46,041 nt of DNA from an uncultured delta proteobacterium (lineage in GTDB: Bacteria; Desulfobacterota; Desulfobacteria; Desulfobacterales; SG8-13): positions 1-46,041 of the forward strand of contig CAWKCK010000015.1 in assembly GCA_963848135.1 (NCBI GenBank), written 5' to 3'. Position 1 is the stretch's first letter. Each line of letters starts with the position of its first letter. A model generated the notes under the pieces. It ran no database searches. It was not told the DNA's origin and worked only from the letters and a program-made list of their open reading frames with translations. A program made the position numbers and the translations under genes. Positions 29,127-38,912 of the stretch are shown in pieces.

Positions 29127-29897
29127 ATGGCGTTGTTGCAAGTTGAAAAAATGACGCATTATTTCGGCGGGTTGCGGGCCGTGCACAATTACGATCTTCA
29201 GATCAACTCCGGACAGATCCGAGGCTTGATCGGTCCCAACGGTGCCGGGAAAACGACCATATTCAACCTGATAACCGGTATATACAAGCCAACCGAAGGG
29301 TCTATTCGATTAGAAGGAGAGAACCTGGTGGGCCTGCAGCCCTTTCAGATTGCCTCCGTGGGCCTGGGAAGGACTTTCCAGAATTTGCTACTGTGGCGCC
29401 ACTTGAGCGTTCTCGAGCACGTGATCATGGCCCAATACTCAAGAATGACCTACGGATTGATAGGCGCCTTTTTGGGAACGGAAAAAAGAAGACGGCAGGA
29501 AGCCGAGGCCGAAGAAAAAGCCTATAAGCTTTTAGATCTTGTCGGAATTTCTGATCTGGCGCATCAAAACGTACTCAACCTGCCATACGGTGATCAGAGA
29601 AGGGTCGAAATGGCCAGGGCACTGGCGACAGAACCGAAAATTCTCTTCCTTGACGAACCGACAGCCGGGATGAACCCGGAAGAACTGAAGGGAATGATGA
29701 AGATTTTTCGGCGGGTCCACAAGGAATCAGGAGTGGCTATCTTTTTGATCGAGCACCGATTGAGAATGGTGATGGAGCTGTGTGAAAAGATTCAGACGCT
29801 GGTTTTCGGTGAGGTCATTGCCGAGGGCACGCCGGAAGAAATCCAAAACGATCCGAAAGTGATCGAAGCCTATCTTGGTAAGGAGGCAATTGACTGA
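29127..29897 (+). CDS. livG: LIV-type ABC transporter ATP-binding protein
   Basis: GPNGAGKT, LPYGDQR, LDEPTAG, VIEAYLG. Confidence 0.94.
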   Translation: MALLQVEKMTHYFGGLRAVHNYDLQINSGQIRGLIGPNGAGKTTIFNLITGIYKPTEGSIRLEGENLVGLQPFQIASVGLGRTFQNLLLWRHLSVLEHVIMAQYSRMTYGLIGAFLGTEKRRRQEAEAEEKAYKLLDLVGISDLAHQNVLNLPYGDQRRVEMARALATEPKILFLDEPTAGMNPEELKGMMKIFRRVHKESGVAIFLIEHRLRMVMELCEKIQTLVFGEVIAEGTPEEIQNDPKVIEAYLGKEAID

Positions 29898-30610
29898 TGC
29901 TTCTGTCGGTGAAAAATCTGAAAGTATCCTACGGAAATATAAAAGCCCTGCACGGGATCGACTTTGAGATCGAAGAGGGAGAGATCGTGACCATTATCGG
30001 AGCCAATGGGGCTGGTAAGAGTACGACACTAAAGGCCATCTCGCGCCTTGTCCCGGTCTCCAAGGACACTCACATGATCTTCCAGGACCAAAACTTAATT
30101 AAATACCCGGCCGACAAAGTTGTCAGCCAGTTGGGCATTTCACATGTTCCCGAAGGGCGGCGGTTGTTCGGGAATTTGACGGTTCTTGAAAACCTGCAAC
30201 TCGCCACTTTTGCACGCAAAGATGCTGACGGCATTGTCAAAGACCAGGCCAGGGTGTTTGCGATATTCCCCCGTTTGGAAGAACGCAAACTGCAAAAGGC
30301 CGGAACTCTCAGCGGTGGTGAACAACAGATGCTGGCCATTGGCCGGGCCTTTATGAGCGGGCGAAAAATCATGTTGCTCGATGAGCCGTCCATGGGGTTG
30401 GCACCGTTGTTGATGCTGAATGTCTTCGAGGCACTCAAGGAAATCAACCAGGAAGGAACCACTATACTGCTGGTGGAACAGAACGCGCGATTGGCGCTCA
30501 AGTTCGCTCAGCGTGGTTATGTGCTGGAAAGCGGTAACCTCGTGCTGGAAGGTCCATCTAATGAGCTGCTGGAGGATCCGGAAGTGAAAAAAGCCTACCT
30601 GGGAGGATGA
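29897..30610 (+). CDS. livF: LIV-type ABC transporter ATP-binding protein
   Basis: GANGAGKS, VPEGR, LSGGEQQ, LDEPSMG. Confidence 0.94.
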   Translation: MLLSVKNLKVSYGNIKALHGIDFEIEEGEIVTIIGANGAGKSTTLKAISRLVPVSKDTHMIFQDQNLIKYPADKVVSQLGISHVPEGRRLFGNLTVLENLQLATFARKDADGIVKDQARVFAIFPRLEERKLQKAGTLSGGEQQMLAIGRAFMSGRKIMLLDEPSMGLAPLLMLNVFEALKEINQEGTTILLVEQNARLALKFAQRGYVLESGNLVLEGPSNELLEDPEVKKAYLGG

Positions 30611-30630
30611 GTAATCATACACCAGAATGG

Positions 30631-30664
30631 AAAAAGATCACCGACCATTGTCGGTGGGCTTTTT
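30631..30664. terminator. Putative bidirectional terminator between convergent livF and the FmdB-family gene
   Basis: AAAAAG..CACCGAC-catt-GTCGGTG..CTTTTT. Confidence 0.6.
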
Positions 30665-30978
30665 TAGTCTGAGATGGTCTTGGAGATGTCCGGGATGGTA
30701 TCAGGACGATTGCGGAGCATGTAGCGGCTGTCCCCATGGCGGCGGGTTACGTTTTCATATACTCCGTCGTCGCGTTTGACGAGTTTTGTAAAACCGCTGT
30801 CACGCAGCTCGGTGTTCGTCTTGGGTGTATTGACGAAATTAAGGGAAATGATCTTCCGCACAGATTTATGGCAATAGGGGCAGCTCGCCAGAGGGTTGTC
30901 TTCGACGGACTGTTTCACCTCGATTACCTGGCCCCGGTCACAAGGGCCGCCCAAATGCTCGTACTCGTATATCGGCAT
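30664..30978 (-). CDS. FmdB family zinc-ribbon protein
   Basis: MPIYEYE...C...CPYC...KIIS; GGGAGG RBS. Confidence 0.82.
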   Translation of the reverse strand: MPIYEYEHLGGPCDRGQVIEVKQSVEDNPLASCPYCHKSVRKIISLNFVNTPKTNTELRDSGFTKLVKRDDGVYENVTRRHGDSRYMLRNRPDTIPDISKTISD

Positions 30979-31241
30979 TCGATTCCTCCCGGCAGTAAAA
31001 ATATGGTGCGCTATTTATGCACTTCCACGGTCGTCCAACAGACTATATTCTACACGAAAGACCTTGCCGGAGCAATCGATTAGTACATGTCATTATCCAT
31101 GGAGGGGCAGCCGCGGAACCGTCTTGCAATCGCGGTCTATCTCTGTTAGGAAAGCATCATCAATACGAAGGTCAGTTGCCGCCTAAAACGTCCGGTATTA
31201 CTGACGATCGGTGAATGTTCGCATGAAGAACAGGAGATGAA

Positions 31242-32279
31242 ATGACCAGAGTGGCCGTAGTCGGTGCTACAGGATTCGCCGGTGCCGAGCTCGTGCGTCT
31301 TCTTTCCGGGCACCCGCATGTTACGCTAACCGTACTCACGTCACGTAACTACGTCGGAGAGGCCTTCGATCATATTTATCCGTCCATGACCGGTGTCGTG
31401 AACCTTAGCTGTGAAGAATATGACCTCGATAGGGTCAGCGAAGACGCGGACGTGATTTTTACTGCGTTACCCCACAAGCTGCCGATGGAAATCGTTCCCG
31501 GACTCATCGAAAAAGGGAAGAAAGTGATCGATCTCTCGGCTGATTTTAGATTCCATGATGTCGACCGATATGAGGCCCATTATCAACCGCATACGGCCAA
31601 AGCGCTTCTATCCCGGACGGTTTACGGTTTGTCTGAAATCTATGCCGATGACATCCGGAATGCAAGCCTGGTCGGCAATCCGGGCTGTTATCCCACCAGT
31701 GTCCTTTTACCGCTGGTGCCTCTGGTGAAAAAGGGCCTTCTGGCGCTGGATTCACTTATTGCCGATTCAAAATCCGGTGTCAGCGGTGCCGGGCGGTCGC
31801 CCTCCCTGACCACCCTCTATAGCGCGGTAGCCGAGTCTTTTAAAGCATACAAGGTTGCCAGTCACCGCCACAATCCGGAAATGGAGGAGGTGCTCAGTCG
31901 ACAGGCCGGCCAAGATGTGGCGATCACGTTTGTCCCGCATCTCATTCCGATGTCTCGGGGTATGGAGACGACCATATATGCCACACTGTTGTCCGGAGTT
32001 GGCCTGGAGGATGTTCGTGCCTGCTTGAAAAAATCCTATGGAGAACGAACATTCGTGCGCCTCCTTCCCGAGGACAGACCTCCTAATACGCTCAACGTGC
32101 GGGGGACAAACTTTTGCGATATCGGTCTTGCCCTGGACAAACGCAGCAATCGTTTGATTCTCATGGCGACCATAGACAACCTGGTCAAAGGAGCCGCCGG
32201 GCAGGCAGTGCAGAACATGAACATCATGCTCGGCATGGATGAAACCACCGGTTTGATGCAGGTGCCATATCCTTTATAG
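31242..32279 (+). CDS. argC: N-acetyl-gamma-glutamyl-phosphate reductase
   Basis: GATGFAG, DLSADFR, NPGCYPT, SGVSGAG, DNLVKGAAGQA. Confidence 0.97.
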   Translation: MTRVAVVGATGFAGAELVRLLSGHPHVTLTVLTSRNYVGEAFDHIYPSMTGVVNLSCEEYDLDRVSEDADVIFTALPHKLPMEIVPGLIEKGKKVIDLSADFRFHDVDRYEAHYQPHTAKALLSRTVYGLSEIYADDIRNASLVGNPGCYPTSVLLPLVPLVKKGLLALDSLIADSKSGVSGAGRSPSLTTLYSAVAESFKAYKVASHRHNPEMEEVLSRQAGQDVAITFVPHLIPMSRGMETTIYATLLSGVGLEDVRACLKKSYGERTFVRLLPEDRPPNTLNVRGTNFCDIGLALDKRSNRLILMATIDNLVKGAAGQAVQNMNIMLGMDETTGLMQVPYPL

Positions 32280-32375
32280 AAGACGCGAAAATGCAGGATG
32301 ATGCTGCGGAGCAAACGGCGGGCTTTTCTGCCCTAAAATACCGGGCCGTAATCTATGGCGTGCGGCAGGAGTTTC

Positions 32376-32404
32376 TTGACAACTTATGGTTATTGATTTA
32401 GGAA
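32376..32404 (+). promoter_or_regulatory. Putative sigma70 promoter of folD
   Basis: TTGACA-N17-TAGGAA. Confidence 0.4.
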
Positions 32405-32469
32405 AGGGCGGAAATCATTAGAACCTGTCTTAACGCGTACTCGAAAATAATTTAAAAAGGAGGTTGGAG

Positions 32470-33378
32470 ATGTCTGCAAAGTTAATTAAGGGCACCGAAA
32501 TCCGCGAGGAAATTCTGGAAGAGATTACGGCGGAGGTTGCACAAATCAAAGAGAAGCACGGCGTTGTACCCGGGCTTGTCACCATACTTATCGGTGAAAA
32601 TCCGGCTTCCATGTCGTACGTGACCCTGAAGATTAAGACTGCCCACCGTGTCGGTTTCAAAGAAATTCAGGATTCTCAGCCGGTAGACATCTCCGAAGCG
32701 GACCTGCTGGCGTTGATTGACAAATACAACAAAGACGAATCTATAAACGGAATCCTCGTCCAGTTGCCTCTTCCGAAGCAGGTCGACGAAAAGAAGATCC
32801 TCAACGCCATTGATCCTGATAAGGATGTGGACGGTTTTCATCCGGTTAATGTCGGGCGTTTGATGATCGGCGGCAGTGAGGTCAAATTTCCGCCGTGTAC
32901 ACCGGCTGGAATTCAGGAAATGATTATACGGGCCGGGGTGGAAACCAGCGGCGCTGAAGTCGTGGTTGTTGGGCGTTCCAATATCGTCGGCAAACCGATC
33001 GCCAACATGATGTTGCAGAAAGGCCCGGGGGCCAACTCTACGGTTACGATCGTGCATACCCGTACCAAAGACCTTGCTGCCCACTGCCAGCGCGCCGATA
33101 TCCTGATCGTTGCTGCCGGTGTTCCGGATCTGGTCAAACCGGAGTGGATCAAACCGGGCAGTTGTGTGATCGATGTGGGCGTCAACCGGGTTGGAGAGAA
33201 AATCAGCGAGAAAACCGGCAAAAAAATAGCGATTCTGAAAGGTGACGTCGACTTCGACGCGGCCAAAGAGATCGCGGGTTACATTACCCCTGTTCCCGGT
33301 GGCGTGGGACCGATGACCATCACGATGCTTATGAAAAATACACTGAAATCCCTTAAATTTAAACTGGGGATCGGTTGA
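32470..33378 (+). CDS. folD: Methylene-THF dehydrogenase/cyclohydrolase
   Basis: GILVQLPLP, KDVDGFHP, PCTP, GRSNIVGKP, TPVPGGVGPMT; AGGAGG RBS. Confidence 0.97.
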   Translation: MSAKLIKGTEIREEILEEITAEVAQIKEKHGVVPGLVTILIGENPASMSYVTLKIKTAHRVGFKEIQDSQPVDISEADLLALIDKYNKDESINGILVQLPLPKQVDEKKILNAIDPDKDVDGFHPVNVGRLMIGGSEVKFPPCTPAGIQEMIIRAGVETSGAEVVVVGRSNIVGKPIANMMLQKGPGANSTVTIVHTRTKDLAAHCQRADILIVAAGVPDLVKPEWIKPGSCVIDVGVNRVGEKISEKTGKKIAILKGDVDFDAAKEIAGYITPVPGGVGPMTITMLMKNTLKSLKFKLGIG

Positions 33379-33575
33379 TCGAGGCAATGAAAGCACGGGG
33401 AGAGCAATGTCGGCCCTCCCCGCGTCAATCGATTCTATAAACATACGACAATTGCCTAAATTATAGACATTGCACACAAAGCCGACGAATTCGTTTGATA
33501 ACAGGTTTTTACAGGCCGACGGCCGTGTGCATCTAATCAGATCAGGGCTCCTCAGGTTATGTTTCGATATTTTTC

Positions 33576-33605
33576 TTGACTCCAGATCATAATATGCGAT
33601 AAGAT
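33576..33605 (+). promoter_or_regulatory. Putative sigma70 promoter upstream of the riboswitch
   Basis: TTGACT-N18-TAAGAT about 15 nt before the aptamer. Confidence 0.5.
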
Positions 33606-33619
33606 CTAAACAAGAATTA

Positions 33620-33708
33620 ATATCGAAAAGGGCAAAGTCACCGAAAGGCGACGACGCAAAACCATGGGTCTACAGCCGCAAGGCCAGGACAGCCAGGTTG
33701 CCGAAGTC
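33620..33708 (+). ncRNA. c-di-GMP-I (GEMM-I) riboswitch aptamer
   Basis: GGGCAAA-GTCACC-GAAA-GGCGAC-GACGCAAA-ACC..GGTCTA...GACAGCCAGGTTGCCGA matches the GEMM-I layout (P2 with GNRA tetraloop, P3 with receptor, P1 TCG/CGA). Confidence 0.9.
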
Positions 33709-33720
33709 AACAGTATTAGG

Positions 33721-33750
33721 CCTTTGGGTGATTCATCCAAAGGTTTTTCT
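33721..33750 (+). terminator. Intrinsic terminator, riboswitch expression platform
   Basis: CCTTTGGG-tgattca-TCCAAAGG followed by TTTTTCT. Confidence 0.75.
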
Positions 33751-33937
33751 ATTGGTGCTCAAGAAAGTTTGCTGTCGTACCGATAATGACCAATAGGTAA
33801 TGAAGATAGTCATTAAATTTGGGATGGTTATCACAAGAAACTTTACCGATGAAAAGCCAGTGTGAAATTTAAATGGGCATTAATATTCGCACATATCAGC
33901 AAAATCCATTGTACGAATAAATTAGGATTAAGTCGCC

Positions 33938-34855
33938 ATGCGAAAAAAATTATCCCTTGTTATCCTGAGTAATTCTGGAGCTTCGGTCAAACAGTTCACC
34001 ATTTCAAAGACCTTTTTAAAGGGTTTCATCGTTTTCTGCCTGGTAGCTGTCGGAGTTCTGACCTATGATTACTACAATTTGAAAGTATCCTCCGTACGAT
34101 CTTATAGCAATGCGGTTCAACTCTCCAGTCAAAAAGACGAAATTATTCGTCAACGGCAGCAAATTCAAGAGTTTGCCGGTGAGATTTCCGATCTTAAAAA
34201 TAAACTGGTCGATTTGAACAATTTCGAGAAAAAAATCCGGATTATCGCAAATATTGAAAACGTTGGCGACCAGAACAACCTCTTTGGTGTTGGAGGGTCT
34301 ATTCCGGAAGACCTCAACGCTCAAATTCCTCTGACCCGGAAGCACAACAGCCTGCTTCGAGAGATGCACGAGCATGTAGATCAGCTCCATTTGGCTTCTG
34401 CCAATCAGAACCAGGGATTCGACTCTCTTTTCAAACACCTCCAGGATCAGCAGAGCCTGCTGGCCTCCACGCCTGCCATCCGGCCCTGTAAGGGGTGGAA
34501 AACATCCAACTTCGGTTATCGAATATCCCCTTTTACCGGCCGGCGCGAGTTTCACAAGGGGTTTGACATTGCCAATCGTAAAGGAACGACCATTGTCGCC
34601 ACCGCCGACGGCGTCGTTTCCTTTGCCGGCAGTAAGGGATTGCTCGGCAATGCTGTTTATATCGATCATGGACACGGCATGTTGACCCGTTTCGGGCATC
34701 TGGATAAAATAACTGTCAAGCGCGGGAAACCGGTTAAACGTGGGGACAAGATTGCCACGATGGGGAATACCGGCAGAAGCACTGGTCCCCATGTGCATTA
34801 CGAAATTCATTTGAATGGCATACCGGTCAATCCTGAAAAATACATTCTTAACTGA
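33938..34855 (+). CDS. M23 family metallopeptidase (membrane anchor, coiled coil, M23 domain)
   Basis: Hydrophobic FIVFCLVAVGVLTY, heptad region, HKGFD (HxxxD) and TGPHVHYE (HxH). Confidence 0.93.
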   Translation: MRKKLSLVILSNSGASVKQFTISKTFLKGFIVFCLVAVGVLTYDYYNLKVSSVRSYSNAVQLSSQKDEIIRQRQQIQEFAGEISDLKNKLVDLNNFEKKIRIIANIENVGDQNNLFGVGGSIPEDLNAQIPLTRKHNSLLREMHEHVDQLHLASANQNQGFDSLFKHLQDQQSLLASTPAIRPCKGWKTSNFGYRISPFTGRREFHKGFDIANRKGTTIVATADGVVSFAGSKGLLGNAVYIDHGHGMLTRFGHLDKITVKRGKPVKRGDKIATMGNTGRSTGPHVHYEIHLNGIPVNPEKYILN

Positions 34856-34885
34856 CCTGTTTCCCATATCGTTCGATTCCATTGT

Positions 34886-34923
34886 ACCCCCTCCACGATC
34901 CCACGTGAGGGGGGTTTTGTTTT
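34886..34923 (+). terminator. Putative intrinsic terminator after the M23 gene
   Basis: CCCCCTcCACG...CGTGAGGGGG stem followed by TTTTGTTTT. Confidence 0.65.
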
Positions 34924-35465
34924 GCCCATCCAAAAAACGCGGTATTTTCTTTCCGCCACCCACCGTATTTTGTGTGCGCCATGCTGGCGCCGGAGCCCGA
35001 CAAACGTTACTTTGATGGCATTGCCATTTTATCGATTTTCCGGTCGTTTATCGTGGGTCTAAATAAAACATTGCACTAACCGAACGTCGTTTTCACCGAC
35101 CCTCCCATACCACCCATCCGTATTGCGAAAGGTATTTTTCAAAAGCGGTAAAATATTTGTCGGTAAACCGCCCGCTTTACTGTGGTGACATCCGGGGCTT
35201 TGCAGGTCCCGGAGTCCACAACTCCCCGGGAGGATTATTATTATTTTAAAATATCATAAATACAGGTATAGATACTCGGTGTTCATACGACAGGTTCAAC
35301 CAAACGGGCAGCACCCGATTGCAATCTGATAACAGTGATAGAACAATCCTTTAAATAACACCATCCAACGACCGGATGTTTGCCAGAAAGTATGGTTTTG
35401 AAAGACCGCGCTGAGCGGTTCACAGGCCATTCCTCCGATTTTACGGGAGGTCATAGAATTACATC

Positions 35466-35493
35466 TTGAGACCATTTGTCCATATGCTATAAT
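35466..35493 (+). promoter_or_regulatory. Putative sigma70 promoter of secA (extended -10)
   Basis: TTGAGA-N16-TATAAT with TGc immediately before the -10. Confidence 0.6.
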
Positions 35494-35535
35494 CGCACTC
35501 TTAACCGAAACCATAATCAGGAGGCAATCGCCATC

Positions 35536-38061
35536 ATGCTTGGCAGTTTTCTTACCAAAGTGTTCGGTAGCAAAAACGAACGGGAATTGAAAAAACTCCA
35601 GCCCACCGTTGATCAAATTAACGCGCTGGAAATCGAGATGAAAGCCTTAAGCGACGATCAGTTGCGGCAGCAGACCGTTAAGTTCAAGGAACGCTTTAGC
35701 AATGGGGAAGCTCTTGAAGATTTATTACCCGAAGCCTTCGCTGCAGTGCGGGAGGCTTCGTGGCGCACGCTCAACATGCGCCATTTTGACGTGCAATTGG
35801 TCGGTGGCATGGTGCTGCACCAGGGAACCATCGCTGAGATGAAAACCGGTGAAGGAAAAACCCTGGTTGCCACCCTGCCGGCCTATCTCAATGCCCTGAC
35901 CGGTAAAGGGGTCCATATTATTACCGTCAATGATTACCTGGCCCGGCGCGATACCGAGTGGATGGGGCACATTTTTACTTTTTTAGGACTGAAGGTCGGG
36001 ACCATCATACACGGGTTGGACGATGCCGAACGAAATAAAGCCTATTCGGCCGATATTACATACGGGACTAACAATGAATTTGGTTTCGATTACTTGCGGG
36101 ACAACATGAAGTTCGACCGCACGACGTTGGTGCAGAGAGAGCTTCATTTTGCCATCGTGGACGAAGTTGACAGTATCCTGGTCGACGAAGCCCGCACGCC
36201 GCTGATTATTTCAGGTCCGGCAGAACGGTCGACCGATTTGTACTATAGAGTCAACAGCATCATCCCCAGCCTCGCCAAGGAGAGGGATTATGCCATCGAC
36301 GAAAAGGCCCGCAGCGTGACCCTGACGGAGGATGGCGTCGCCAGGGCCGAATCACTCCTGCAGGTCAATAACCTCTACGATCCAAAAAATATTGAAGTGT
36401 TGCATCATATCAACCAAGGGTTGAAGGCCAACACACTTTTCAAGCGCGATGTCGATTATATCGTCAAGAATGGAGAAGTGATCATTGTCGATGAATTCAC
36501 AGGCCGTCTGATGCCTGGCAGACGCTATAGCGAGGGGCTGCATCAGGCGTTAGAGGCCAAAGAGGGTGTCAAAATAGAAAACGAAAACCAGACCTTGGCC
36601 ACCGTTACCTTCCAGAACTATTTTCGAATGTATGAAAAACTGGCCGGCATGACGGGTACGGCAGATACGGAAGCCGCAGAATTCAAGAAAATTTACGATC
36701 TCGATGTGATGGTCATTCCCACCGACAAGTCGATGATCCGCAAAGACCACCCGGATGTCATCTACAAAACCCGCAGGGAAAAGTTCTCCGCTGCCATCGA
36801 TGAGATCGTTGCGCTCAATAAGGTGGGGCAACCGGTTCTCGTTGGAACGATTTCGATTGACGTATCGGAGCAATTCAGCAAAAGCCTGAAGAAGAAAGGG
36901 ATCAAGCACGAAGTACTCAACGCGAAGAACCACGAAAAAGAGGCCGAAATTATATCCATGGCCGGTCAGTTCGGAGCGGTAACCATATCCACCAACATGG
37001 CTGGACGCGGTACGGACATTGTTCTCGGAGATGGTGTCACGTCTCTTGGCGGATTACATATCATCGGCACGGAAAGGCACGAGAGCCGCCGAATCGACAA
37101 TCAGCTGAGGGGGCGTTCCGGGCGTCAAGGTGACCCGGGGTCTTCACGCTTTTATCTTTCTCTGGAAGATGATCTTTTGCGCATCTTCGGCGGCGAGCGC
37201 ATCACTGGCATTATGGACAGGCTCGGAATGGAGGAGGGTGAACCCATCGAGCACAACCTGATTAGTCGGGCCATTGAAAACGCACAGTCGAAAGTGGAAG
37301 GCCGCAATTTTGAAATCCGAAAGCAACTGCTGGAGTACGATGACGTTATGAACCAGCAACGCGAAGTGATCTACCGGCAGCGACGGGAGGCCCTTTTCGG
37401 CAAAGATCTGAAGGCCTCGATTTTTGAGATAATTGAAGAAAAGTCCGAGGAGATTGCCACCGCATTTGCCGACGAGCGGACACCAGCCGAAGAATGGGAT
37501 TTAAAAGGCCTCAACGAGTCCGTTTACAAGCAATTCAACCTGCGATTGCCACAGTTGGACGCCGCGACACTCGACGGCCTCAACGATGAGGGCCTCGCCC
37601 AACTCATCACGGACGAGGCCGTTAAGCTTTACGAGGAAAGAGAGAAAGCCATCGGCGCAACTGATTTTCGCCAGCTCGAGCGTTTTGTCATGCTCCAGAC
37701 GGTAGACAATCTCTGGAAGGACCATTTGCTGTCAATGGACCATCTCAAGGAAGGCATCGGCTTGCGCGGCTATGCGCAGCAGAATCCATTGCTGGTATAC
37801 AAGAAAGAGGGTTTCGATATGTTCCAGGACATGATTTCCCGGATCAAGGAAGAGACTCTCGGGATACTATTCAGGGTCCAGCTTGCCGAACCCCAGGAAA
37901 TTAAAGAAATCCAGAAACCGCGTGACCAACAGTTGACCTTTTCCGGCTCAGGAGATCAACCAAAAAAGACGCCCGTCCAGAGAGCCGCAAAAAAAGTCGG
38001 ACGCAACGCGCCTTGTCCGTGCGGCAGCGGAAAGAAATTCAAGAAGTGTTGCGGTCGATAG
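35536..38061 (+). CDS. secA: Preprotein translocase ATPase SecA
   Basis: [35 protein letters not shown]-terminal [22 protein letters not shown] before ATG 35536. Confidence 0.98.
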   Translation: MLGSFLTKVFGSKNERELKKLQPTVDQINALEIEMKALSDDQLRQQTVKFKERFSNGEALEDLLPEAFAAVREASWRTLNMRHFDVQLVGGMVLHQGTIAEMKTGEGKTLVATLPAYLNALTGKGVHIITVNDYLARRDTEWMGHIFTFLGLKVGTIIHGLDDAERNKAYSADITYGTNNEFGFDYLRDNMKFDRTTLVQRELHFAIVDEVDSILVDEARTPLIISGPAERSTDLYYRVNSIIPSLAKERDYAIDEKARSVTLTEDGVARAESLLQVNNLYDPKNIEVLHHINQGLKANTLFKRDVDYIVKNGEVIIVDEFTGRLMPGRRYSEGLHQALEAKEGVKIENENQTLATVTFQNYFRMYEKLAGMTGTADTEAAEFKKIYDLDVMVIPTDKSMIRKDHPDVIYKTRREKFSAAIDEIVALNKVGQPVLVGTISIDVSEQFSKSLKKKGIKHEVLNAKNHEKEAEIISMAGQFGAVTISTNMAGRGTDIVLGDGVTSLGGLHIIGTERHESRRIDNQLRGRSGRQGDPGSSRFYLSLEDDLLRIFGGERITGIMDRLGMEEGEPIEHNLISRAIENAQSKVEGRNFEIRKQLLEYDDVMNQQREVIYRQRREALFGKDLKASIFEIIEEKSEEIATAFADERTPAEEWDLKGLNESVYKQFNLRLPQLDAATLDGLNDEGLAQLITDEAVKLYEEREKAIGATDFRQLERFVMLQTVDNLWKDHLLSMDHLKEGIGLRGYAQQNPLLVYKKEGFDMFQDMISRIKEETLGILFRVQLAEPQEIKEIQKPRDQQLTFSGSGDQPKKTPVQRAAKKVGRNAPCPCGSGKKFKKCCGR

Positions 38062-38600
38062 ATCCTCCGCTATTCGGTTTTGAGCAGAATCTCCAATGAG
38101 CAAGATCCTTCGCTGGACGAATCGAAGGCAGATCCTCAGGATCCAATCCTTAGTAATGCTGTGCTGCCCTGCGGTGCTCTTTCAAATGGCTGCAGGGACA
38201 CGCTCCGAGTGGATTTGACAGTGGACTCTCTATTTCGGCCATGATATTATGGTTTAGACGATGACATATCCGCCCGGGTGCTGCAACCGCCAGGAATTTG
38301 GCAGCGGACCTTTACAAGTTTCGACCCAAGTGCTTATATTGAATTCATCATAGATTCGGAAGCCTTGCAGGGGTCTTAGTAATGGCATGGCTTTGCGGAG
38401 TCTGTTTTTTATGTGGCACCGTTTCGGGCCGAATTCTTCACAGTCGAACGGTTGCGAGTTTTGAGGTAGGGATGCCGCCCGATTTTTCATTGGGGTGCCG
38501 AACGCCTAATCATGTCTCTTGAATCAGCTTATCCGGTATCCAGCGCATAGAAAGTTACAATGGCACCTTACACGGAAATTGCGCTTCCGGGGATAGCGGG

Positions 38601-38909
38601 ATGAACGAGTTTCTTCCAGATACAGAAGGTGAGGTGACATCGGAAACCGATGTGACTGAACCGTCGCTTTACCGGGTGTTGCTCCTCAATGACGATTACA
38701 CCACCATGGAATTTGTGGTCGAAATCCTCAAAACGGTATTTCACAAATCAGTCGAAGAGGCGACCCGCATTATGTTCAATGTGCACCAGGCAGGGGTCGG
38801 CCTGTGTGGCATATATACGCATGAAATAGCTGAAACCAAAGTGGATACCGTCCATGCCCTTGCAAAAGAACACGGCTTCCCACTTAAATGTACCATGGAG
38901 AAAGAGTAA
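38601..38909 (+). CDS. clpS: ATP-dependent Clp protease adaptor
   Basis: [32 protein letters not shown]. Confidence 0.97.
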   Translation: MNEFLPDTEGEVTSETDVTEPSLYRVLLLNDDYTTMEFVVEILKTVFHKSVEEATRIMFNVHQAGVGLCGIYTHEIAETKVDTVHALAKEHGFPLKCTMEKE

Positions 38910-38912
38910 ACC

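Noticed and set aside
32280..32469. Possible ZTP or THF riboswitch upstream of folD
   Set aside because: No recognisable consensus, and the putative promoter leaves only a ~60-nt leader.
38383..38397. Sigma54-like TGGCATGGCTTTGC upstream of clpS
   Set aside because: GG-to-GC spacing is 9 nt, not the required 10.
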